Shown here: positions 58,725-64,000 of the stretch, piece after piece
Position numbering within the stretch: the first letter of the stretch is position 1
Layout: the number at the start of each line of letters is the position of its first letter
From: Polyangiales bacterium
GTDB taxonomy: Bacteria > Myxococcota_A > Polyangia > Polyangiales > Polyangiaceae
NCBI GenBank assembly: GCA_038231275.1
Contig: JBBRLQ010000006.1
Location: 288,806 to 352,805 of the forward strand
DNA length: 64,000 nucleotides
Reading direction: 5' to 3'
Notes under the pieces: generated by a model
What the model was told of the DNA's origin: nothing
Databases searched by the model: none
What the model saw: the letters and a program-made list of their open reading frames with translations, nothing else
Position numbers and translations under genes: made by a program

Positions 58725-60224
58725 ATGCACAAGCGCGCACCCCGAATCCTCCGCTCCCTCCTTCCGTTCACCGTCCTCGCCGCGCTCGGCGCGTGCTCGG
58801 GGGCACCCAGTCCCGACGAGACGAGCTCCGCCGACGAGAATGCGCTCTCCACGTCGGGCAGCGGCCTCTCGGCGACGTATTACTCGGACGACACGCTCAC
58901 CACGGCGTTCACCACGCGCGTCGACGCCACGCTGAATTTCGACTGGGGTCTCGGTGCACCGGTCAGCGGAATGTCCGTGGATCATTTCTCGGCGCGGTGG
59001 ACCGGGCAGGTCGACGCGCCGGTCAGCGGGAGCTACGTCTTCACGACCACGAGCGACGACGGCGTCCGCATGTGGATCGACGGCGCGCTCGTCATCGACG
59101 ACTGGACGACGCACGCCGCGAAGGACGACTCCGCGACCGTCACCTTCGCCGCAGGCAGCCTGCACGACGTGAAGATCGAATACGAGGAGGTCGGCGGTCG
59201 CGCGAAGCTCGCGCTCGCGTGGGCGCATCCCGGGCAGACCACGCAGATCGTGCCGGCGTCGCACCTCTTCCCGCCGGCGACCGGCATCGGCGTTTCCGGC
59301 AATCGCCTGACGCGCAACGGCCAGCCGTGGACGCCGAAGGGGCTCTCGATGATCGGCGCGCTGACGAAGGGCTCGGCGGTGACGGCCTACCAGCACTGGG
59401 GGACCGCGGAGCTCGCGGCGGCGGCGTCGTGGGGCGCCGACGCGCTGCGCTTCCAGGTGAGCCAGCCCTCCCTCGATCCGCAAGATGCGCAGTATTCGGC
59501 GGCGTACCTCACGCGCGTCGAGTCGATGGTGAGCCTCGCGGAGGCGCACGGCTTCGCGCTCATCCTCTCGATGCAGGACCAGTCGCTCGCGGGCGGAAAC
59601 GCCGATCCGTTGCCGACCGCGTCGACGGTGCGCGCCTGGCAAAAGCTCGCGCCGGTCTTCGCCGCCGATCGCAACGTGATTTACGAGCTCTACAACGAGC
59701 CGGACAACGCCGCCGACGCGGCGGGGTGGGCGGCGTGGAAGAACGGCACCGCGACGACCGTGGGCCACCAGCACCTCGTGGACGTGATTCGCGCGGCGGG
59801 GGCCAAGAACGTCCTCTTGGCCGACGGCGCGCGCAAGGCCGAGATCCTCACCGGCGTCCCGCTGCTGAACGATCCGCTCGGCCGCATGGGGTACGCGAGC
59901 CATCCCTACTACGTCGACTCGATCAACGGTCACCCGACGGCGTGGGACGATCGCTTCGGAAACCTGAGCGCGACGGTGCCGGTGGTCGTGACCGAGTGGA
60001 ACGACACGTCGACGGGCACATGCGAGGCCGATGCGCCGACGCGCGCGCCGCAGCTGGTGACGTACCTGGGGCAGCATCACATCGGGATCTTCGGCTGGGC
60101 GTTCGATCTTCCCGGCACGCTCGTGAAGGATTGGTCCTGGACGCCGACGACGCTGACGGGCTTCACGTGCGGGACGACGGGCGGCGGCGTGGGCGCGCTC
60201 TTGAAGAGCACCTACTCGCAGTGA
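58725..60224 (+). CDS. PA14 domain + glycoside hydrolase family 5 lipoprotein
   Basis: Lipobox LGAC; PA14 (FSARWTG, SDDGVRMWIDG); GH5 YELYNEP, HPY, VTEW. Confidence 0.88.
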   Translation: MHKRAPRILRSLLPFTVLAALGACSGAPSPDETSSADENALSTSGSGLSATYYSDDTLTTAFTTRVDATLNFDWGLGAPVSGMSVDHFSARWTGQVDAPVSGSYVFTTTSDDGVRMWIDGALVIDDWTTHAAKDDSATVTFAAGSLHDVKIEYEEVGGRAKLALAWAHPGQTTQIVPASHLFPPATGIGVSGNRLTRNGQPWTPKGLSMIGALTKGSAVTAYQHWGTAELAAAASWGADALRFQVSQPSLDPQDAQYSAAYLTRVESMVSLAEAHGFALILSMQDQSLAGGNADPLPTASTVRAWQKLAPVFAADRNVIYELYNEPDNAADAAGWAAWKNGTATTVGHQHLVDVIRAAGAKNVLLADGARKAEILTGVPLLNDPLGRMGYASHPYYVDSINGHPTAWDDRFGNLSATVPVVVTEWNDTSTGTCEADAPTRAPQLVTYLGQHHIGIFGWAFDLPGTLVKDWSWTPTTLTGFTCGTTGGGVGALLKSTYSQ

Positions 60225-60273
60225 CGCAGGCCTCTTCGTTGCGCGACCCCATGGGCGGCGATAGCATCTCGCG

Positions 60274-61293
60274 GTGCTCCGCCGCCTCGTCGCCGTCGCC
60301 GCGTTCGCCGCGATGGGAGCCGCGGCCTCGTCGTCCTTCGCCGCGCCGGTCAAGTCGTCGTCCCTGAGCTGGACGCGCTTGCCGGGCGCGGAAGAGTGCC
60401 TCGCCACGCGCGAGTTCGCGCGCGCGGTCGAGCGCAAGCTAGGGCGCAGCGTCTTCGTCTCCGCGGCGGACGCCGAGCTCGCGGTGGAGGGGCGCGTCGA
60501 GCGCGCGGCCCCCAAGGGATGGCGCGCGACCATCGTGGTCACACGCGCCGACGGCGTCACCGTGGGCCGCCGCGAGCTTCACGTGGCCGGAGGGAAGTGC
60601 GCGCTCCTCGACGACAGTCTCGTCCTCGTCGTCGCGCTCATGATCGATCCCGACGCGGGCGGCGCGAGAGAAGCTCCGCGTCCGCCGGCTCCCGCTCCGG
60701 CGCCGACTCCCGAGCCGCGCGTCATCGTGGTGGAGGTCCCTGTTCCCGCCCCGGCGCCCCGATGGAGCGGGGACGTCGGGCTCGAGGGGACGGCGCTCGT
60801 TGCGGGGATTGGCGGCGTCGTCCCCGGCGCGCGCCTCACCGCCTCCGCGTTGCCGCCCGGTCTCGTTCCCCTCGAGGTCGACGCGAACGTCTCCGCGCTC
60901 GCGCGAACCTCGGACGGCGCGCTGGCGGTTCGTTTTCTGTACGCCGGCGTCGCGGTATGTCCGACGCTCCTCGGCGAGCCCGGCGCCGTCGCGCTCTCCG
61001 CGTGCGGCGGCGTCGAGGGAGGCTTCCTCCATGTGGCGTCGTCGACCGGCGATCGCGACGACGCGCTCTTCGCCGGGAGCGCGCGCGCGAGGATCGTCGT
61101 GCCGCTCTTCGGCGGCCCCTCGTGGTCGATCGATGCGCGCGCCGAAGCGGGGCTGCTCGCCTTTTTCCGCAGACCGTCCTACTCCACGAGCGTCCTCGAT
61201 CCGACGGCGCTCACGGCGCGCGATCAGACGCTGTTCCGGCTCCCGGCGCTGGGAGGAACGGTCGCGGTCGGCCTCGGCTTCGAGCTACGTTGA
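60274..61293 (+). CDS. Exported hypothetical protein of the type found beside myxobacterial ECF/anti-sigma cassettes
   Basis: Signal peptide, Cys pair, Pro linker, amphipathic beta C-terminus. Confidence 0.7.
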   Translation: MLRRLVAVAAFAAMGAAASSSFAAPVKSSSLSWTRLPGAEECLATREFARAVERKLGRSVFVSAADAELAVEGRVERAAPKGWRATIVVTRADGVTVGRRELHVAGGKCALLDDSLVLVVALMIDPDAGGAREAPRPPAPAPAPTPEPRVIVVEVPVPAPAPRWSGDVGLEGTALVAGIGGVVPGARLTASALPPGLVPLEVDANVSALARTSDGALAVRFLYAGVAVCPTLLGEPGAVALSACGGVEGGFLHVASSTGDRDDALFAGSARARIVVPLFGGPSWSIDARAEAGLLAFFRRPSYSTSVLDPTALTARDQTLFRLPALGGTVAVGLGFELR

Positions 61294-61319
61294 AATGATC
61301 CAGCGTCGCTTCTTTTTTT

Positions 61320-61348
61320 CAGAAGAGCGCGCGGCAGGGACCATTCAC
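61320..61348 (+). promoter_or_regulatory. Putative autoregulatory ECF promoter, CAGAAG-N15-CCATTCAC
   Basis: Same -10 octamer, spacing and upstream T-tract as the 58626-58720 pair; 2 bp before the sigma GTG. Confidence 0.65.
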
Positions 61349-61350
61349 TC

Positions 61351-61866
61351 GTGAGCTTCGAGGCGATCTATCGGGAGCATGCCCCGTTCGTGTGGCGCTT
61401 CGTGCGGCGTCTCGGGATCCATCCGGCGGACGTCGAGGACGTTTGCCAAGAGGTCTTCGTGGTGGTTCACAGGCGCTACGCGGATTACGACCCGACCACG
61501 CTGCTGCGCACGTGGATCGCGGGGATCGCGATGCGCACCGCCTCCGACCACCGCCGCCGCGCCCACCGGCGCCACGAGACCGTGGGCGACGTCCCCGAAG
61601 GCGCCGCCCCGCCCACACAAGGGGAGGAGATCGACCAGGCGCGCGCGCGCCTCTTCCTGGACCGCGCGCTCGACGAGCTCGACGACGACAAGCGCGCCGT
61701 GTTCGTCCTGTTCGAGCTCGAGCAGCTGCCGATGGCCGAGGTGGCGGAGACGGTGGGCATCCCCCTTCAGACCGCGTACTCCCGTCTCGCCGTCGCGCGA
61801 AAAAAGATCGAGGAGGCGGCCCGCCGCGTCCAGCTCGCGCTAGCCTCCAAGGCAGGCGTCCGATGA
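61351..61866 (+). CDS. ECF RNA polymerase sigma factor
   Basis: DVEDVCQEVF, RTWIAGIA, KRAVFVLFELE, EVAE..GIP..TAYSRL. Confidence 0.93.
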   Translation: MSFEAIYREHAPFVWRFVRRLGIHPADVEDVCQEVFVVVHRRYADYDPTTLLRTWIAGIAMRTASDHRRRAHRRHETVGDVPEGAAPPTQGEEIDQARARLFLDRALDELDDDKRAVFVLFELEQLPMAEVAETVGIPLQTAYSRLAVARKKIEEAARRVQLALASKAGVR

Positions 61867-62591
61867 AGCCGAACGATCCGCGCGACATTCATCCGCTCGT
61901 GAAGACGGAGGGTGGGCTCTTGCGCGACATGCTCGCGTCGGCGGAGACCGATCACGCGCGCGAGGAGCAGCTCGAGGGGCTCCATTCGCGCCTCGCCCCG
62001 CTCTTCACGACCGCGTTGCCGATCGCGGCGGCGGGCGGCGTCAAGGCGGCGACGAAGCTCGCGATCGTGAAGGCCGCGGCCAAATCGGTGCTCTCGATCA
62101 AGGTGGCGATCGGGGTCGCGGCGATCGGCGCGGCGTCGGGCGGCGCCTACTACGTCGTCGCGCATCGCGCGCCGGCGATCGCGCCGGTCGTGGTGCCGAG
62201 CGCGCCGCGGGTGCAAACCACCGCGCCTCCCCTTCCCACCGCCACGACGCCTGCGCCGACGATCGACGACAGCGCCCCGGCGCCGAGCGCGAAGAAGCCG
62301 CCGACGACGAAGGTCCCGGTCGACGCGGCCGCCGAGTTCGACCTCGTCCAACGCGGAGGCGATGCGCTTCTCCAGCGCCACGCCGGCGACGCGCTGTCCC
62401 TCGCCAACGAGCACGCGCGACGTTTCCCGGGCGGCGCCCATGCCGAAGATCGCGAGCGCATCGCGATCGAGGCGCTCGTCGACCTCGGACGCACTGACGA
62501 AGCCAAGACGCGCGCACGCCGGTTCTTCGCGCGGTATCCGAGCTCGGCCTACCGCCCGCGCATCGAGAGCCTCGTGCCGGGAGCCCGATGA
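61863..62591 (+). CDS. Putative anti-sigma factor (TM, Pro linker, C-terminal TPR-like domain)
   Basis: ATGA overlap with sigma; HARRFPGG..EDRE..IEALV.LGR..EA. Confidence 0.75.
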   Translation: MKPNDPRDIHPLVKTEGGLLRDMLASAETDHAREEQLEGLHSRLAPLFTTALPIAAAGGVKAATKLAIVKAAAKSVLSIKVAIGVAAIGAASGGAYYVVAHRAPAIAPVVVPSAPRVQTTAPPLPTATTPAPTIDDSAPAPSAKKPPTTKVPVDAAAEFDLVQRGGDALLQRHAGDALSLANEHARRFPGGAHAEDRERIAIEALVDLGRTDEAKTRARRFFARYPSSAYRPRIESLVPGAR

Positions 62592-63517
62592 GGTCCACGC
62601 TCGCCGTCGCCGCGACCCTCGTCGCGTGCGCTGCATGCGTGGTCGATCACCGCGTCGCCAGCGAGCCCTCGTGCCTCTTCGGCGCCTCCACCGCGAGCCG
62701 CGGCACGCCCGGGGACCTCGGCGAGCGCGCCGCGATGGAGGCGCTCGAGCGCGACGTCGGAAGGACGATGGACCTCGATCGCATCTTCCACCAATGGGAC
62801 GACGCCGTCCCCGGAGACCGCGAGCGGTGGACGATCGCCGCGGGACGGACGCCGCTCGTCAGCTTCAACGGGCACGGCGCGCAGAAGGTGTCGTGGCAGC
62901 AGGTAGCGTCGGGCGCGATGGACGCGCACCTCGGTCAGATCGCCGACGGGTTTCGCGCGCTCGGTTCGCGTGTATTCTGCATCTATCATCACGAGCCCGA
63001 CAACGACACGCCGGAGTTCGGGGCCGCCGCGGACTTCCGCGCCGCGTTCCGCCACGTGGTCGCCGTCTTCCGTGTGCACGGCGCGGCCAACGTCGTGTGG
63101 TCGTTCAACATGAAGAGCCCGTCGTTCGCGACGTTGGCGGACGCGTACTACCCGGGCGACGACGTCGTCGATTGGATCAGCGCCTCGGTCTACAACTTCG
63201 GCGCCACCCAGCCCGGAGGCCGATGGCTCAGCTTGCGGGCGCTCCTCTCCGATTTCCACGATTGGGCGACGCCGAAGGGCAAGCCGCTCCTCCTGGCCGA
63301 GTGGGCGACGCTCGACGATCCCGGCGATCCCGCGCGCAAACCGGGTTGGATCGCCGACGCCGCGGATCTCGTCGCGAGCTGGCCCGAGGTCCGCGCGATG
63401 TCCTACTTCGACGGAGCGCCGGCGACCGGCAAGAGCTACGCGCTGGAGAGCTCACCGACCTCCGACGCCGCGTTTCGCAAGCTCGCCGCGAGCCCGATCT
63501 TCCACCCGCGGCGTTGA
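62588..63517 (+). CDS. Glycoside hydrolase family 26 lipoprotein
   Basis: ATGA overlap; HEPD, NVVW, YYPGDDVVDWI, KPLLLAEW. Confidence 0.88.
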   Translation: MRSTLAVAATLVACAACVVDHRVASEPSCLFGASTASRGTPGDLGERAAMEALERDVGRTMDLDRIFHQWDDAVPGDRERWTIAAGRTPLVSFNGHGAQKVSWQQVASGAMDAHLGQIADGFRALGSRVFCIYHHEPDNDTPEFGAAADFRAAFRHVVAVFRVHGAANVVWSFNMKSPSFATLADAYYPGDDVVDWISASVYNFGATQPGGRWLSLRALLSDFHDWATPKGKPLLLAEWATLDDPGDPARKPGWIADAADLVASWPEVRAMSYFDGAPATGKSYALESSPTSDAAFRKLAASPIFHPRR

Positions 63518-63620
63518 CCCACTTATTTTGGGGGCGCGAATGCGTGGCGAACTTGCACGCGCGCGCAAAGCCGCCACATTTCTTCGACCTTGCTCCGCGC
63601 GATTTTGAGGAAAAAACGGC

Positions 63621-64000
63621 ATGGCTCGGCAGTTGCGTGTCCCGCGGCATGTCCGTTCCCGCTCGTCTGAGTTGAACTCCCTCGTGACCGATCCGGAGGA
63701 CGCGCTTCTGAAGGCGGGGGCGCTGCAAAGCGCGATCTTCAACAGCGCCAACTTCTCGAGCATCGCCACCGACGCGAGCGGCGTCATCCAGATCTTCAAT
63801 GTCGGCGCCGAGCGAATGCTCGGCTACACGGCGGCCGAGGTGATGAACAAAATCACCCCGGCGGACATCTCCGATCCGCATGAGCTGATCGTGCGGGCCG
63901 AGCAGCTCAGCATCGAGATCGGAGCTCCCATCACCCCGGGCTTCGAGGCGCTGGTGTTCAAGGCCTCGCGCGGGATCGAGGACATCTACGAGCTGACCTA
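63621..64000 (+). CDS. PAS-domain sensor protein, 3'-truncated by the window edge
   Basis: ALQSAIFNSANFSSIATD..GVIQIFNVGAERMLGY...PGFEALVFKASRGIEDIYELT; start could be 63621 or 63684. Confidence 0.85.
   Translation, partial: MARQLRVPRHVRSRSSELNSLVTDPEDALLKAGALQSAIFNSANFSSIATDASGVIQIFNVGAERMLGYTAAEVMNKITPADISDPHELIVRAEQLSIEIGAPITPGFEALVFKASRGIEDIYELT

Overview
GC-rich chromosomal window that looks myxobacterial, probably Polyangiales (Labilithrix/Sorangium-like). This is inferred from TIGR04563-type small proteins, many Cys-rich and acidic-linker lipoproteins, a GYF-type protein and ECF/anti-sigma cassettes. It holds about 55 CDS (secA, gcvPB, msrA, tesB, acyl-CoA dehydrogenase, adenylate cyclase, hybrid kinase, cholesterol oxidase-like enzyme and others) plus tRNA-Pro(TGG) and tRNA-Arg(TCT). 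No integrase, transposase or CRISPR array was seen. Highlights: (1) a three-lipoprotein operon (8877-11701) joining a type-3 di-copper protein with arthropod hemocyanin/phenoloxidase-style motifs, a His-bearing beta-propeller and a TsdA/SoxA-like dihaem cytochrome; (2) a self-contained ECF regulon (56080-63517) whose promoter motif appears three times with identical 15-bp spacing; (3) an orphan JAB/DUF4329-like toxin-immunity-chaperone cassette divergent from a tandem RHH-like regulator; (4) a pentameric ligand-gated ion channel upstream of a GYF protein and a pseudokinase with repeated acidic-Thr motifs; (5) a bCerS-like acyltransferase paired with an SDR; (6) an apparently duplicated wing segment in SecA; (7) highly structured intergenic DNA next to tRNA-Pro. 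All family assignments come from motif recognition by eye, not database searches.
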